Of a DNA stretch of 20,000 nucleotides, positions 7,360-18,598 are shown piece by piece (positions within the stretch are counted from its first letter, which is position 1; every line of letters begins with the position of its first letter). A model generated the notes under the pieces. That model did no database searches and had not been told where the DNA came from. It was given only the letters and a program-made list of their open reading frames with translations. The stretch is from Hydrurus foetidus (lineage: Eukaryota): the NCBI GenBank assembly GCA_900617105.1, contig UYFQ01000732.1:174244-194243 (forward strand), in the 5' to 3' direction. The position numbers and the translations under genes were made by a program.

Positions 7360-7842
7360 CTACTGCAGGGGTTCTTTCAGCGCGTCGGGCAGCGAAAAGG
7401 GCGTCACAGCTATGCCCTCTTCCACCAGCTCGCGCGCTTCTTTCTCTGTCGTGCGGCCGCGGATGCCGCGTTCTTCGGCCTCACCGTAGTGCATCTTGCG
7501 CGCCTCTTCCGCAAACTGCGAACCCACATCGGTGGTGGTGGCCACCACGTGGCGAGCCACGGCCATCCATGCGGCCGTCATGGCTGCGTTGTGCGGCAGG
7601 GGAGCAACCGCATTGCCATTGTCGGCAGGAGAAGAAGCTTGAGACGATGGCTGCTCAGCGACGGGAGCGCGGGCACCCGACAGGTTCAAGCGCGGGGCGC
7701 TGAGCTTTTTGACGACCGAAGGGTCACCACACACCGGGCATTGCACCAGCGCGCGGGCGCACTGGGAAACAAAATCGTCTTCCGAACCAAACCACCCTTC
7801 AAACGGGTGGCCTTGGGCGCATTGAAGGTCCAGAACTTTCAT
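7360..7842 (-). CDS. DUF1178-family protein (Zn-ribbon-like)
   Basis: Starts MKVLDLQCAQGHPFEGWFGSEDDF...CPVCG...KKLSAPRLNL; C-terminal 'DVGSQFAEEARKMHYGEAEERGIRG'. Start taken at ATG 7842. Confidence 0.88.
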   Translation of the reverse strand: MKVLDLQCAQGHPFEGWFGSEDDFVSQCARALVQCPVCGDPSVVKKLSAPRLNLSGARAPVAEQPSSQASSPADNGNAVAPLPHNAAMTAAWMAVARHVVATTTDVGSQFAEEARKMHYGEAEERGIRGRTTEKEARELVEEGIAVTPFSLPDALKEPLQ

Positions 7843-7859
7843 GGGTGTATTGTCTGCCC

Positions 7860-8459
7860 TCAGGGCAGGGGCAGTGCGGGGCCCCATTGCAAAGACCAGC
7901 TGCCCAGCAGGACTTGTTGCAGCCAGAGCGCGCCCGCCAAGGTCTTGGCATCGGTGACCCGGCCCTGCTGGCACCACTGCAGCAGCTCTTCCGGCGTGGT
8001 AGTGAACACTTCCAGAAATTCGCCGGCGTCCAGTTGCGCCGCACCGGGCGTCAGACCGCGGGCAAACCAGATGTCTATGAATTCGGTGGAATACGCAATC
8101 ACGGGGTGCATCTGGCCCGCCCGTGCCCATTCGGTGGCGGTGTAACCGGTTTCCTCCAGCAGCTCACGCTGGGCACAGAACTGCACGCTCTCACCCGCGT
8201 CCAGCTTGCCCGCCGGAAACTCCACCATCACCTGGCCAATGGGATAACGGAACTGCCGTTCCAAGACCACACGGACCTGGCCGGCGTCGTCTTGCAACAG
8301 GGGGATGACCATCACCGCACCGGGATGGACAAAGTACTCACGAGTCGCGGAAGCGCCATCGGGCAAGGTGACGGTGTCGCGAAAGGCGTGGAGAAACTTG
8401 CCTTTCAGAATCTCTACGCTGGAGTGCGTGTGCTCACGCAGGTGGCTGTCGTCTTCCAT
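7860..8459 (-). CDS. NUDIX hydrolase, ADP-ribose pyrophosphatase-like
   Basis: 'QFRYP...EFPAGKLD' and Nudix box 'GES...AQRELLEETGY'; 'DAKT' near the C terminus. Confidence 0.93.
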   Translation of the reverse strand: MEDDSHLREHTHSSVEILKGKFLHAFRDTVTLPDGASATREYFVHPGAVMVIPLLQDDAGQVRVVLERQFRYPIGQVMVEFPAGKLDAGESVQFCAQRELLEETGYTATEWARAGQMHPVIAYSTEFIDIWFARGLTPGAAQLDAGEFLEVFTTTPEELLQWCQQGRVTDAKTLAGALWLQQVLLGSWSLQWGPALPLP

Positions 8460-8474
8460 GGTGCGAACCGGAGG

Positions 8475-8777
8475 TCAGTTGCGCCGCTTGAGCAGGTAGC
8501 GATAGACAAAACCGGGGAAGGCAAACGTCATGAACAAGGCCCAGGTGATGGCAAAAAATTCCCAACCCTGTGGGGTGATCTGCCCAGCGTGTTTTTCCAG
8601 GCCCGCGCCCACCATGCCGGTCACGCCATACCAGAGCACCAGCTCTAGCAGACGCAGGCCCAGCGACTTGCGGCTCGCCACAGGCAACACGCCCATGATT
8701 TTTTCAGTGAAGAATGGCAGGTTGGCACCCAACAGTGCCAACACCACCAACGCACCCACCGCGAAAGAATTACCCAT
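8475..8777 (-). CDS. Small membrane protein (DUF2818-like) following nuoN
   Basis: 'ANLPF', 'QGWEFFAIT...FAFPGFVYRYL'; three hydrophobic segments; usual position after nuoN in Betaproteobacteria. Confidence 0.85.
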   Translation of the reverse strand: MGNSFAVGALVVLALLGANLPFFTEKIMGVLPVASRKSLGLRLLELVLWYGVTGMVGAGLEKHAGQITPQGWEFFAITWALFMTFAFPGFVYRYLLKRRN

Positions 8778-8791
8778 CAGTCGACGCGACC

Positions 8792-10306
8792 TCAGGTGCC
8801 CAGCATCTGCTTGATGGACGCTGCACACAGCGCCATCAGCCCGCTGGGGAACAGGCCCAACAGCAGCACCAGGGCGCCGTTGATGCACAGCACAACGCGC
8901 ACATCCATCGGCGCACTCACGGTGGTGGCGGTAATGGGCTCGTCAAAGTACATGACCTTGATGAGGCGCAGGTAGTAGAACGCCCCTACCAAAGACGTCA
9001 GCATGGCGAACACGGCGAGGCCGAGGTAGAACGAATCACCGGAAGCGATCAGGGCCTGCAGCACCGACAACTTTGCATAGAAACCGACCATGGGAGGAAT
9101 ACCGGCCAGCGAGAACAAGGCGATGGCCATGATGGCGGCATACAGCGGACTGCGCTGATTCAGACCCGCGAAGTCGGCAATCTCTTCGCTCTCAAAGCCT
9201 TCGCGTGAGAGCAGCAAAATCACGCCGAAGCTGGCCAGCGTGGTCAGTACGTAGCTGATCACATAGAACATGGCGGAGCTGTAGGCATTGGCGGCCGGGG
9301 CAATATTGCCGTTGACCACCCCAGACATCAGGCCCAGAAGCACAAAGCCGATCTGGGCAATGGTGGAGTACGCCAGCATGCGCTTGACGTTGGTTTGCGC
9401 GATCGCAGCAAAGTTGCCGATCAGCAAAGAACCTACGGCCAGCACCATCAGCATCTGCTGCCAGTCGCCCGCCAGCGGCAACATACCCTCCACCAGCAAA
9501 CGCATGACGACGGCGAATGCCGCCAACTTAGGCGCAGCACCAATCATCAGCGTCACGGCCGTTGGGGCACCCTGGTACACATCAGGTATCCACATATGGA
9601 ACGGCACCGCACCAAGCTTGAACGCCAAACCAGCCACGATGAAGACCAGACCAAACACCAGTACACCATGTTGGTACTTGCCAGACGAAATGGCCCGGAA
9701 CACGGCGTTTACGTCCAGGGAACCAGTGGCACCATAGAACATGGACATGCCGTAGAGCAGGAAGCCCGAAGCCATCGCGCCGAGCACAAAGTATTTCATG
9801 GCCGCCTCGGTGGCGGTTGCATTGTCACGGCGCAGGGCCACCAGCGCGTAGCTGGACAGTGTCAACAACTCCAGGCCCAAGTAGGTCACAAGGAAGTTGT
9901 TGCCGGAGATCATCACGAACATGCCTAGCAAGGCAAACAGGTTCAGCGTGAACATCTCGCCACCGCGCAGCATGTCGCGCTGGCCCGCGTAGGGGCGTCC
10001 GTACACCAGGGTCACCATCACCGCCAGCGTGGCAAAACACTTGAGCCAGTTGCCCATGGAGTCACTGACCACCATGTTGCCAAAGCCGTACACGGTTTGA
10101 CTTGCGCCCAACCAAGTTTGCACAGCACCAGTACCGTAGCCAGCCTGAAGCAGGGCCACAACAGCTAAGGTTGCCAGGGTCAAACCATAGGTGAGGTTGC
10201 GTAGAGTGCTTTTTACATCCAGGTCCACCAGGGCAATGACGCAGGCCATCACCATCAAAATGATTTCCGGGTAAACCGTGATCCAACTGAGTTTGTCAAT
10301 CATCAT
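8792..10306 (-). CDS. nuoN: NADH-quinone oxidoreductase subunit N
   Basis: '[12 protein letters not shown]', '[20 protein letters not shown]', 'KRMLAYSTI'; operon position. Confidence 0.97.
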   Translation of the reverse strand: MMIDKLSWITVYPEIILMVMACVIALVDLDVKSTLRNLTYGLTLATLAVVALLQAGYGTGAVQTWLGASQTVYGFGNMVVSDSMGNWLKCFATLAVMVTLVYGRPYAGQRDMLRGGEMFTLNLFALLGMFVMISGNNFLVTYLGLELLTLSSYALVALRRDNATATEAAMKYFVLGAMASGFLLYGMSMFYGATGSLDVNAVFRAISSGKYQHGVLVFGLVFIVAGLAFKLGAVPFHMWIPDVYQGAPTAVTLMIGAAPKLAAFAVVMRLLVEGMLPLAGDWQQMLMVLAVGSLLIGNFAAIAQTNVKRMLAYSTIAQIGFVLLGLMSGVVNGNIAPAANAYSSAMFYVISYVLTTLASFGVILLLSREGFESEEIADFAGLNQRSPLYAAIMAIALFSLAGIPPMVGFYAKLSVLQALIASGDSFYLGLAVFAMLTSLVGAFYYLRLIKVMYFDEPITATTVSAPMDVRVVLCINGALVLLLGLFPSGLMALCAASIKQMLGT

Positions 10307-10327
10307 TCGTCTCTCAATTCAGTCTGA

Positions 10328-11803
10328 TCAGTTCAACTTGGACACTGCCACATGCTTGAGCAGCTGGGCCACCGAAGCATCCATGACATCGGTAAAGGGC
10401 TTGGGGTACAGGCCCATGTACAGCACGGCGACGGCCAGCAGACCCAGCATCAGGAATTCACGTGCGTTGATGTCCACCAGTGATTTCACATCGTCATTGG
10501 CTACTGGGCCCAGGTACACGCGCTTGAACATCCACAGCGTGTAGGCCGCACCAAAGATCAGGGCACTGGCGGCGGCAAAGCCGATCCAGAAATTGAATTT
10601 CACGGCACCCAGAATCACCATCCACTCGCCCACGAAACCGGCTGTTCCTGGCAGGCCGCAGTTGGCCATGGAGAACAGAAGAGCAAACGCAGCGAACTTG
10701 GGCATGGTGTTGACCACACCGCCGTAGCTGGAGATTTCACGCGAGTGCACACGGTCGTACAGCACGCCAATGGACAGGAACATCGCGCACGACACAAAGC
10801 CGTGGGCAATCATCTGCACCAGGCCACCGGAAACTCCGAGGTCATTGAAGATGAAGAAACCCAGAGTCACAAAGCCCATGTGGGCGACCGATGAGTAGGC
10901 TACGAGCTTTTTCATGTCCTGCTGCACCATGGCAACGAGGCCCACGTACACCACTGCGATCAGGGACAGTGCGATCATGAAGCCGCCCCATTCATGCGCA
11001 GCATCTGGGGCAATGGGTATCGAAAAGCGTAGGAAACCGTAGGCACCCAGCTTCAGCATGATGGCAGCCAGCACGGCAGAACCACCGGTGGGGGCTTCCA
11101 CGTGCACATCGGGCAACCAGGTGTGTACGGGCCACATCGGCACCTTCACCGCAAACGCGGCAAAGAAGGCAAAGAACAACAAGGTCTGCGGCGTGCTCGC
11201 CAAGGGGAGCGCATGCCAGGTAGCCAGATCAAAACTGCCACCGGATTTGGTGTACAGGTAAATGAGCGCCACCAGCATGAGCAGAGAACCCATCAAGGTG
11301 TAGAGGAAGAACTTGAAGGCCGCGTAAATCTTGTTGGGACCACCCCAGATACCGATGATCAGGTACATCGGGATCAGCGTGGCTTCGAAGAACACGTAGA
11401 ACAGCAGGCCATCCAGTGCCGTGAACACGCCAATCATCAGACCACTGAGGATCAGGAACGCGCCCATGTATTGGTTCACACGCCGGGTAATCACTTCCCA
11501 GCCAGCGATCACTACCACCACATTGATGAAGGCAGTGAGCAACACAAACCAGAACGAAATACCATCTACACCCAGGTGGTAGTTGACGTTAAAACGATCA
11601 ATCCAGCGCGCGTTTTCCACAAACTGCATGGCCGCGGATGCGGTATCAAACTGCCCATACAACGGCAATGTCACCAGAAAACTGACCACGGCTCCCACCA
11701 ACGCGATCCAGCGCACCACGCCGGCATGCTCATCACGCCCGAACGCCAGCAGCACCAAGCCGAAGGCGATGGGAGTCCAAATTGCAAGGCTCAACAAACC
11801 CAT
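10328..11803 (-). CDS. nuoM: NADH-quinone oxidoreductase subunit M
   Basis: 'FFEATLIPMY', 'KVPMWPVHTWLPDVHVEAPT', 'KKLVAYSSVAHMG'; ATG 11803 with AAGGAG RBS. Confidence 0.97.
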   Translation of the reverse strand: MGLLSLAIWTPIAFGLVLLAFGRDEHAGVVRWIALVGAVVSFLVTLPLYGQFDTASAAMQFVENARWIDRFNVNYHLGVDGISFWFVLLTAFINVVVVIAGWEVITRRVNQYMGAFLILSGLMIGVFTALDGLLFYVFFEATLIPMYLIIGIWGGPNKIYAAFKFFLYTLMGSLLMLVALIYLYTKSGGSFDLATWHALPLASTPQTLLFFAFFAAFAVKVPMWPVHTWLPDVHVEAPTGGSAVLAAIMLKLGAYGFLRFSIPIAPDAAHEWGGFMIALSLIAVVYVGLVAMVQQDMKKLVAYSSVAHMGFVTLGFFIFNDLGVSGGLVQMIAHGFVSCAMFLSIGVLYDRVHSREISSYGGVVNTMPKFAAFALLFSMANCGLPGTAGFVGEWMVILGAVKFNFWIGFAAASALIFGAAYTLWMFKRVYLGPVANDDVKSLVDINAREFLMLGLLAVAVLYMGLYPKPFTDVMDASVAQLLKHVAVSKLN

Positions 11804-11816
11804 ATTATTTTTCTCC

Positions 11817-13862
11817 TTAGCGGCCAAGCCATTGAACAACCATGGGCCATGTCACAAAGTAGGACATCATCAAGAACACGCCCAAAATCATGACCAGCGC
11901 ATAGTGGTACAGGTACCCGGACTGCGCCTGACGCACCAGACCTGACACCCAACCCACCAACTTCCAGGACCCATTGACCACCGCTCCGTCAATGATGGCC
12001 TGGTCGCCCACCTTCCACAGACCCATACCCAATCCGCGTGCACCGCGGGCCAGGATGTTTTCGTTGATCCAGTCCAGGTAGTACTTGTTTTCCAACAGGT
12101 TGAAGATCGGCATCGCGTTGCGCTTGATGGTGGCAGGAACCGCCGGGAACACCATGTACATCAAATACGCCGTCACCACACCCGCCAGCGCCAGCCAGAA
12201 CGGCAGAGTCGTGAAGGCATGCATCGCCATTTGCAGCGGTCCGTGGAAGGCTTGGGCCAGCTCTTCCATGGCAGGGTGCTTCTCGAGGTTGACCGCAATC
12301 ACGCCCTTGAAGAAATCGCCGAACAACATGGGCTGAATCGTCAAGTAACCAATCAGCACCGAGGGAATTGCCAGCAGCACCAACGGCACCGTCACGACCC
12401 AAGGGGATTCGTGCGGATGGTGGTCATGGTGATCGCCATGGTCGCTGTGGTCGTCGTCGTGGTGTGCATCCGGGTTCTGGTCAAAGCGCTCTTTGCCATG
12501 AAACACCAGGAAGTACAAACGGAAGGAATAGAACGCCGTGATGAACACACCGGCCAACACAGCAAACGAGGCGAACCCGGCGCCCGGCAAGTGACTTTCG
12601 TGCACCGCCTCGATGATGCTGTCCTTGGAATAGAACCCGGCAAACAATGGCGTACCAATCAAGGCCAGCGAGCCCAGCAATGACGTAATCCAAGTGATGG
12701 GCATGTACTTGCGCAGGCCACCCATCCAGCGGATGTCCTGGTTGTGGTGCACACCCATGATGACCGAACCTGCGGCAAGGAACAGCAAGGCCTTGAAGAA
12801 GGCGTGCGTCATCAGGTGAAATACCGCCACGGAATAGGCCGAAGCACCCAGCGCCACCGTCATGTAGCCGAGCTGGGACAGCGTGGAGTACGCGACCACG
12901 CGTTTGATGTCGTTCTGAATGATGCCCAGAAAACCCATGAACAAGGCAGTGATGGCACCAATCACAAGGATGAAGTTCAGCGCCGTATCGCTCAATTCAA
13001 ACAGCGGCGACATGCGCGCCACCATGAAGATACCGGCAGTCACCATGGTCGCGGCGTGGATCAACGCGGAGATGGGCGTGGGGCCTTCCATGGAGTCAGG
13101 TAACCACACGTGCAAAGGGAACTGCGCTGACTTGCCCATGGCACCGATGAACAGGCAAATGCAGATCACGGTGATCAGCATCCAGTCGGTTCCGGGGAAA
13201 GACAGCTGCGCCAAGCTATCTGCCTTCGCAAAAACTTCTGCATAGTTCAGCGTACCGCCAAAGGCAACAATGAGGCTAATGCCCAGGATGAATCCGAAGT
13301 CACCCACGCGGTTGACTAAAAAGGCCTTCATGTTGGCGAAGATAGCGGTGGGCTTGTTGAACCAGAAGCCGATCAGCAGGTAAGACACCAAGCCCACGGC
13401 TTCCCAGCCAAAAAACAATTGCAACAGGTTGTTGCTCATCACCAGCATCAACATGGCGAAGGTGAACAGCGAGATGTAGGCGAAGAAGCGGTTGTAACCT
13501 TCGTCCTCTTCCATGTAACCCACGGTGTAGATGTGCACCATCAGCGACACAAAGGTTACTACGCACATCATCATGGCGGTGAGGCCATCTACCAAGAAGC
13601 CCACCTCCATTTTCAAACCGCCGACCACCATCCAGGTGTAGAGGGTTTCGCTGAAGTGGGCACCGTCCATGGCTACCGACTTCAGGGTCGATGCAGACAA
13701 CACGAACGCCACCAGCACGCCCAAAATGGTCAGTGTGTGGCTCAGCTTGCGACCGATCCAGTTGCCACCAAAGCGGGTACCAAATATGCCGGCGAGCAAA
13801 GATCCCACCAAGGGCGCCATGGGAACAGCCAGCAGCGTAGAAGCAGAAAGGGTTTGACTCAT
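11817..13862 (-). CDS. nuoL: NADH-quinone oxidoreductase subunit L
   Basis: 'GKSAQFPLHVWLPDSMEGPTPISALIHAATMV', 'DIKRVVAYSTLSQLG'. Confidence 0.97.
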   Translation of the reverse strand: MSQTLSASTLLAVPMAPLVGSLLAGIFGTRFGGNWIGRKLSHTLTILGVLVAFVLSASTLKSVAMDGAHFSETLYTWMVVGGLKMEVGFLVDGLTAMMMCVVTFVSLMVHIYTVGYMEEDEGYNRFFAYISLFTFAMLMLVMSNNLLQLFFGWEAVGLVSYLLIGFWFNKPTAIFANMKAFLVNRVGDFGFILGISLIVAFGGTLNYAEVFAKADSLAQLSFPGTDWMLITVICICLFIGAMGKSAQFPLHVWLPDSMEGPTPISALIHAATMVTAGIFMVARMSPLFELSDTALNFILVIGAITALFMGFLGIIQNDIKRVVAYSTLSQLGYMTVALGASAYSVAVFHLMTHAFFKALLFLAAGSVIMGVHHNQDIRWMGGLRKYMPITWITSLLGSLALIGTPLFAGFYSKDSIIEAVHESHLPGAGFASFAVLAGVFITAFYSFRLYFLVFHGKERFDQNPDAHHDDDHSDHGDHHDHHPHESPWVVTVPLVLLAIPSVLIGYLTIQPMLFGDFFKGVIAVNLEKHPAMEELAQAFHGPLQMAMHAFTTLPFWLALAGVVTAYLMYMVFPAVPATIKRNAMPIFNLLENKYYLDWINENILARGARGLGMGLWKVGDQAIIDGAVVNGSWKLVGWVSGLVRQAQSGYLYHYALVMILGVFLMMSYFVTWPMVVQWLGR

Positions 13863-13867
13863 TGCAG

Positions 13868-14176
13868 TTAGCCCTTTAGCGTATTGAGTTCATCGACGCT
13901 GATGCTTGACTTGTTGCGGAACAACAGAACCAGAATGGCGAGGCCAATCGCAGACTCTGCAGCTGCCACGGTCAAAATGAAGAACACGAAAATCTGTCCG
14001 TGCATGTCGTGCAAGTAATGCGAGAAGGCCACGAAATTGGTATTCACGGCCAAGAGCATCAACTCGATTGCCATCAGCAACACGATGAGGTTGCGACGGT
14101 TCAAGAAAATGCCAACCACCGACAGGGCGAACAGCATCGCGCCCAGCGACAGGAAATGTCCTAAAGTCAACGTCAT
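13868..14176 (-). CDS. nuoK: NADH-quinone oxidoreductase subunit K
   Basis: '[15 protein letters not shown]', '[12 protein letters not shown]'. Confidence 0.97.
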   Translation of the reverse strand: MTLTLGHFLSLGAMLFALSVVGIFLNRRNLIVLLMAIELMLLAVNTNFVAFSHYLHDMHGQIFVFFILTVAAAESAIGLAILVLLFRNKSSISVDELNTLKG

Positions 14177-14823
14177 ACTTTGGTCTCCGCTTGCGGCTCG
14201 CCCGCTTCAGGGGCTTGTGCGGCTTGTGTTGCCGCCATCTTCACCACGGTCATCCGGTCACGTGACATCACGCGGACCTGGTCGCCAGGGCTAACGTACT
14301 TACTGTCCTTGCGGGTGCGCAGGGTCAGGGCAATCGCTGCAATCACCGCCACCAGCAAAATAGCTGCAGCTACTTCCAGCGGCAGCAGGTACTCCGTGTA
14401 GAGCAGCTTGCCCAGCTCTTTCGTGTTGGAGGCACCGGGAGCGACGATGGCATTCGCGGCAAAGGGGTCTTCAATCACGCGGAAGCCACCCATCAGCACA
14501 GCGGCCATCTCCAGCGCAATCACTACGCCCACCAAAGCAGCGAGCGGGAAATTTCTCCAGAAACCAATGCGGAGGTTCTCCACATTGATGTCCATCATCA
14601 TCACCACGAAGAGGAACAGCACCATCACCGCCCCGACGTACACCAACACCAGGGTGATGGACAAAAACTCTGCCTTCAGCAGCATCCACACCATGGCCGC
14701 CTGGAAGAAGGTCAGCACCAGGAACAGGGCCGCGTGCACAGGGTTGCGGGCCGTGATCACACGGAAGGCTGCGAAAAGCAGCACCGCCGAGAACGCGTAG
14801 AAAAGACCGGTCGTAACACTCAT
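14173..14823 (-). CDS. nuoJ: NADH-quinone oxidoreductase subunit J
   Basis: 'NPVHAALFL', '[16 protein letters not shown]', 'YLLPLEVAA'. Confidence 0.97.
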   Translation of the reverse strand: MSVTTGLFYAFSAVLLFAAFRVITARNPVHAALFLVLTFFQAAMVWMLLKAEFLSITLVLVYVGAVMVLFLFVVMMMDINVENLRIGFWRNFPLAALVGVVIALEMAAVLMGGFRVIEDPFAANAIVAPGASNTKELGKLLYTEYLLPLEVAAAILLVAVIAAIALTLRTRKDSKYVSPGDQVRVMSRDRMTVVKMAATQAAQAPEAGEPQAETKV

Positions 14824-14848
14824 GATTCAAACACTTTCTTGCGACGGA

Positions 14849-15373
14849 TCAACGGTATTTGGCGTCTGCCTGTTTGGCAGCGGCAATTTCGCTTTCATAA
14901 CGATCACCCACTGCCAACAACATCTCTTTGGTGAAATACAGATCGCCGCGCTTTTCACCGTGGTATTCCAGAATATGGGTTTCCACAATCGAGTCCACCG
15001 GGCAGCTCTCTTCGCAGAAGCCACAAAAAATACACTTGGTGAGGTCGATGTCGTAGCGGGTAGTGCGGCGTGAGCCATCACTGCGCACATCCGATTCGAT
15101 CGTGATCGCCATGGCGGGGCAGACTGCTTCGCACAGCTTGCAAGCAATGCAGCGCTCTTCGCCATTCTCATAGCGGCGCAAGGCGTGCAGGCCACGGAAA
15201 CGAGGTGACAGCGGCGTCTTCTCTTCGGGAAACTGCACCGTGATCTTGCGTCGAAACAGATAGCGGCCAGTCAAGGCCAAGCCCTTAAACAGCTCAATCA
15301 AAAGAAAGCTGGACAGGAAGTCCCACAGCGAAAAAGGCGGGGAAGGTGTACGGGTCATAGCAGGCGTTGTCAT
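14849..15373 (-). CDS. nuoI: NADH-quinone oxidoreductase subunit I
   Basis: Two 4Fe-4S motifs, '[12 protein letters not shown]' and '[12 protein letters not shown]'; ATG 15373 with AAGGA RBS. Confidence 0.96.
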   Translation of the reverse strand: MTTPAMTRTPSPPFSLWDFLSSFLLIELFKGLALTGRYLFRRKITVQFPEEKTPLSPRFRGLHALRRYENGEERCIACKLCEAVCPAMAITIESDVRSDGSRRTTRYDIDLTKCIFCGFCEESCPVDSIVETHILEYHGEKRGDLYFTKEMLLAVGDRYESEIAAAKQADAKYR

Positions 15374-15384
15374 GTGGTGTTCCT

Positions 15385-16461
15385 TCAGGGCCAGATGTTG
15401 AAGGACGTTTGCATCCATGTACCTACAACCAGCAGCCAAACCAGCGTAACCGGGATGAATACCTTCCAGCCCAGACGCATGATCTGGTCATAGCGGAAGC
15501 GCGGGAACGTGGCGCGAACCCAAATAAACATGCTGACCACGGCGAAAGTCTTGAGACCCAGCCAGATCCAGCCGGGGATGAAATCAAGCGCGGCGAAAGG
15601 CGATAACCAGCCGCCGAGGAACAACAAAGTGGCGAGTATGGAGATCAGCCACATATTCACGTATTCCGCCAGATAGAACATCGCGAACGACATGCCGGAG
15701 TATTCCACCATGTGGCCGGCCACAATTTCAGCCTCACCTTCGACCACGTCAAATGGATGGCGATTGGTCTCGGCCAGTCCCGATATGAAGTAGACGACAA
15801 AGACAGGCAGCAGCGGCAACCAGTTCCATGACAGAATTCCCAAACCCTTCTCAGTCATCATGCCTTTGCCTTGGCCAAGCACGATCTCGGTCATGTTCAT
15901 GCTGCCGGAAACCATGAGCACGATCACCAAGCAAAACCCCATAGTGATTTCGTAGCTGACCATCTGGGCTGATGCGCGCATTGCGCCCAAGAATGAGTAC
16001 TTGGAGTTAGAGGCCCAGCCAGCAACTACGACCCCATAAACTTCCATGGAAGTAATGGCCATAAGAAACAGCAGACCCGCATTGACGTTTGCCAACACCG
16101 CATCCGGGCCAAACGGCACGACAGCCCATGCGGCCAGTGCCGGCATGATAGTCAAAATAGGGCCTATGAAAAACAGCCCTTTGCTGGCATTTGTCGGTGT
16201 CAGGATTTCTTTGGTCAACAGCTTGAGCGCATCGGCAATCGGTTGCAACAAGCCTAAAGGTCCGACCCGGTTTGGGCCAACACGGACCTGCATCCAGCCG
16301 AGGAACTTGCGCTCCCACAAGGTCAGATACGCTACCAGACCCATAAGCGGCAGTAGTACCACCACAATCTTGATCAGCACCCAAAGGACTGGCCAGACAG
16401 CGCCGGTCCACCAAGCTGCCGCTAGCAAGTTCAGGCCGGCGTTGTAAATCATGTCGATCAT
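15385..16461 (-). CDS. nuoH: NADH-quinone oxidoreductase subunit H
   Basis: 'ERK...[19 protein letters not shown]', 'AETNRHPFD', 'PRFRYDQIM'. Confidence 0.97.
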   Translation of the reverse strand: MIDMIYNAGLNLLAAAWWTGAVWPVLWVLIKIVVVLLPLMGLVAYLTLWERKFLGWMQVRVGPNRVGPLGLLQPIADALKLLTKEILTPTNASKGLFFIGPILTIMPALAAWAVVPFGPDAVLANVNAGLLFLMAITSMEVYGVVVAGWASNSKYSFLGAMRASAQMVSYEITMGFCLVIVLMVSGSMNMTEIVLGQGKGMMTEKGLGILSWNWLPLLPVFVVYFISGLAETNRHPFDVVEGEAEIVAGHMVEYSGMSFAMFYLAEYVNMWLISILATLLFLGGWLSPFAALDFIPGWIWLGLKTFAVVSMFIWVRATFPRFRYDQIMRLGWKVFIPVTLVWLLVVGTWMQTSFNIWP

Positions 16462-18596
16462 GACAAAACCTCTTCCACAGACCGGGTCGCAGATCGGGCA
16501 TCAGCCGTAAGCTGCAGCGATGTCGCGCGACGCACCGTACCGTCGAGCTGGTAAATCGAGGCAACCACAGGCGCAGCGCCCTGCGAAGACACATCGATAG
16601 GACCGCGATAGGCATTGCTCAAGCGGGCCTTAGGTACGAACTCGGGCACCACTAAATCGTCATTATGCAGGCTCTTCAGCACGTCTTGCGACGATTCAAA
16701 ATCAAACCCTGACAGACCCATGAGGTTGGCAAGCACGCGCAGCACCTTCCATGCGGGGCGTGTCTCGCCCAAGGGCTTGACCACGGCATGGAAACTCTGC
16801 ACACGCCCTTCCGCATTCACAAACGTACCGGAAGTTTCGGTGAACGGTGCAATGGGCAACAGCACGTCGCTAAAAGCCATATTGGCCTTGAAGGGGCTAA
16901 ACGTGACCACCATTTCGGCCTGAGAGATACCTTGCGCCGCAGCAGTACCCGCGGCGCTGTCGTAGACCGGTTCGGTGTTGAGCAACAACGCGGCTTTCAG
17001 ACCACCAGCCAGCATTTGGCCTGCGTGTGCACCATTGCCCTGCGGCACGGCGCCAGCGATCTGGGCGCCCACGGTATTGGCGGCTTCCGTCAAGTAGCCC
17101 ACAGTGGCACCCACTTGCTCGCCGATCCAGTTGGCCAGGCTCAGCAGGCTGCTGGACTTGCCATGGTGTGCCGCGGCATTGCCCAGCAAAATGGCTTTGC
17201 GCTCACCTGATATCAGCGACAAGGCAATGGCCTTGGCTTGGGCATTGGCAGTTCCGGGGGCGGGCGCAGAAACGCCCTTCTCTGCCGCCACGGCGGTGGC
17301 AATATCGGCCAAGGATTGCACCCAAGCGGACGCGGGCACTTGCACGCTGTACATCACGGGCAACGCCCAGTCAGGGTTGCTGGCCGTGATGGCGCTAACC
17401 ACACCACCGATTTTGGTGGCTTGGCGAATGCGCTGGGCGAACAGGGGATGGTCTTTGCGCAGATTGGAGCCCACGACCAGAACTCGCTGCAGCTGAGACA
17501 AGGAGGCGATGCTGGTACCCAGGTAGCGCACACCTTCGGTGGCCACAAACTCGGCATTGCGCAAACGGTAGTCAATATTGTCACTACCCAAACCGTGCAC
17601 CAGGGCCACGGCCAAATGCAGCTCTTCCAACGTGCTATGGGGGCTGACCAAGGCACCAATCGATGCCGCACCGTGGTTGGCCTTGATTTGTTTCAACCCA
17701 TTGGCCACATATTCCAGGGCGGTCTGCCAATCCACGTTTTTCCACTCACCACCCTGCTTGAGCATGGGGGTAGTTAAACGTTCGTCGCTGTTGAGCGCTT
17801 CGTAAGAAAAACGGTCGCGGTCGGCAATCCAACATTCGTTGACAGCTTCGTTTTCCAGCGGCACCACGCGCAAAACCTTGTGATTCTTGACCTGAACAAT
17901 CAGGTTGGCACCGGTGGAGTCATGCGGACTGACCGACTTGCGGCGCGACAACTCCCAGGTGCGGGCGCTGTAGCGGAACGGCTTGCTGGTCAAGGCTCCC
18001 ACCGGGCAGATATCAATCATGTTCCCCGACAGCTCGGAGTCCACCGAGTCACCAATGAAGGTTTCGATCTCGGCGTGCTCACCGCGGTGCGACATGCCCA
18101 ATTCCATCACGCCAGCCACTTCCTGGCCGAAACGTACGCAGCGGGTGCAATGGATGCACCGGCTCATTTCCTGCATGGAAATCAGCGGCCCCACATCCTT
18201 GATTGGGACTACGCGCTTTTCTTCTTCGTAACGCGAAGAAGATGCGCCGTAACCGACGGCCAGATCCTGCAACTGGCACTCACCGCCTTGGTCGCAGATG
18301 GGGCAATCCAGCGGGTGGTTGATCAGCAAAAACTCCATGACCGACTTCTGAGCCTTGATCGCTTTGTCGCTCTTGGTACGAACAATCATGCCTTGCGTCA
18401 CTGGCGTCGCACAGGCGGGCATGGGCTTGGGCATCTTCTCCACATCGACTAAGCACATGCGGCAATTGGCCGCGATGCTGAGTTTCTTGTGATAACAGAA
18501 ATGGGGAATGTAGGTGCCCGCTTTGTCGGCGGCATGCATGATCATGCTGCCTTCAACAATGTCCACCTTCTTGCCGTCGAGTTCGATTTCAATCAT
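16458..18596 (-). CDS. nuoG: NADH-quinone oxidoreductase subunit G
   Basis: 'IPHFCYH...ANCRMCLV', '[18 protein letters not shown]', '[11 protein letters not shown]', 'ICPVGALT'. Confidence 0.97.
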   Translation of the reverse strand: MIEIELDGKKVDIVEGSMIMHAADKAGTYIPHFCYHKKLSIAANCRMCLVDVEKMPKPMPACATPVTQGMIVRTKSDKAIKAQKSVMEFLLINHPLDCPICDQGGECQLQDLAVGYGASSSRYEEEKRVVPIKDVGPLISMQEMSRCIHCTRCVRFGQEVAGVMELGMSHRGEHAEIETFIGDSVDSELSGNMIDICPVGALTSKPFRYSARTWELSRRKSVSPHDSTGANLIVQVKNHKVLRVVPLENEAVNECWIADRDRFSYEALNSDERLTTPMLKQGGEWKNVDWQTALEYVANGLKQIKANHGAASIGALVSPHSTLEELHLAVALVHGLGSDNIDYRLRNAEFVATEGVRYLGTSIASLSQLQRVLVVGSNLRKDHPLFAQRIRQATKIGGVVSAITASNPDWALPVMYSVQVPASAWVQSLADIATAVAAEKGVSAPAPGTANAQAKAIALSLISGERKAILLGNAAAHHGKSSSLLSLANWIGEQVGATVGYLTEAANTVGAQIAGAVPQGNGAHAGQMLAGGLKAALLLNTEPVYDSAAGTAAAQGISQAEMVVTFSPFKANMAFSDVLLPIAPFTETSGTFVNAEGRVQSFHAVVKPLGETRPAWKVLRVLANLMGLSGFDFESSQDVLKSLHNDDLVVPEFVPKARLSNAYRGPIDVSSQGAAPVVASIYQLDGTVRRATSLQLTADARSATRSVEEVLS

Positions 18597-18598
18597 TG

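Noticed and set aside
7843..8130. N-terminal extension of the DUF1178 ORF in the ORF track (similarly the extended starts of nuoI, nuoM and the DUF2818-like gene)
   Set aside because: The extensions overlap upstream genes; family-typical N termini start at internal ATGs.
12410..12470. His/Asp-rich stretch in NuoL (HHDDDHSDHGDHHDHHPHE)
   Set aside because: A variable His-rich loop is a common feature of proteobacterial NuoL.
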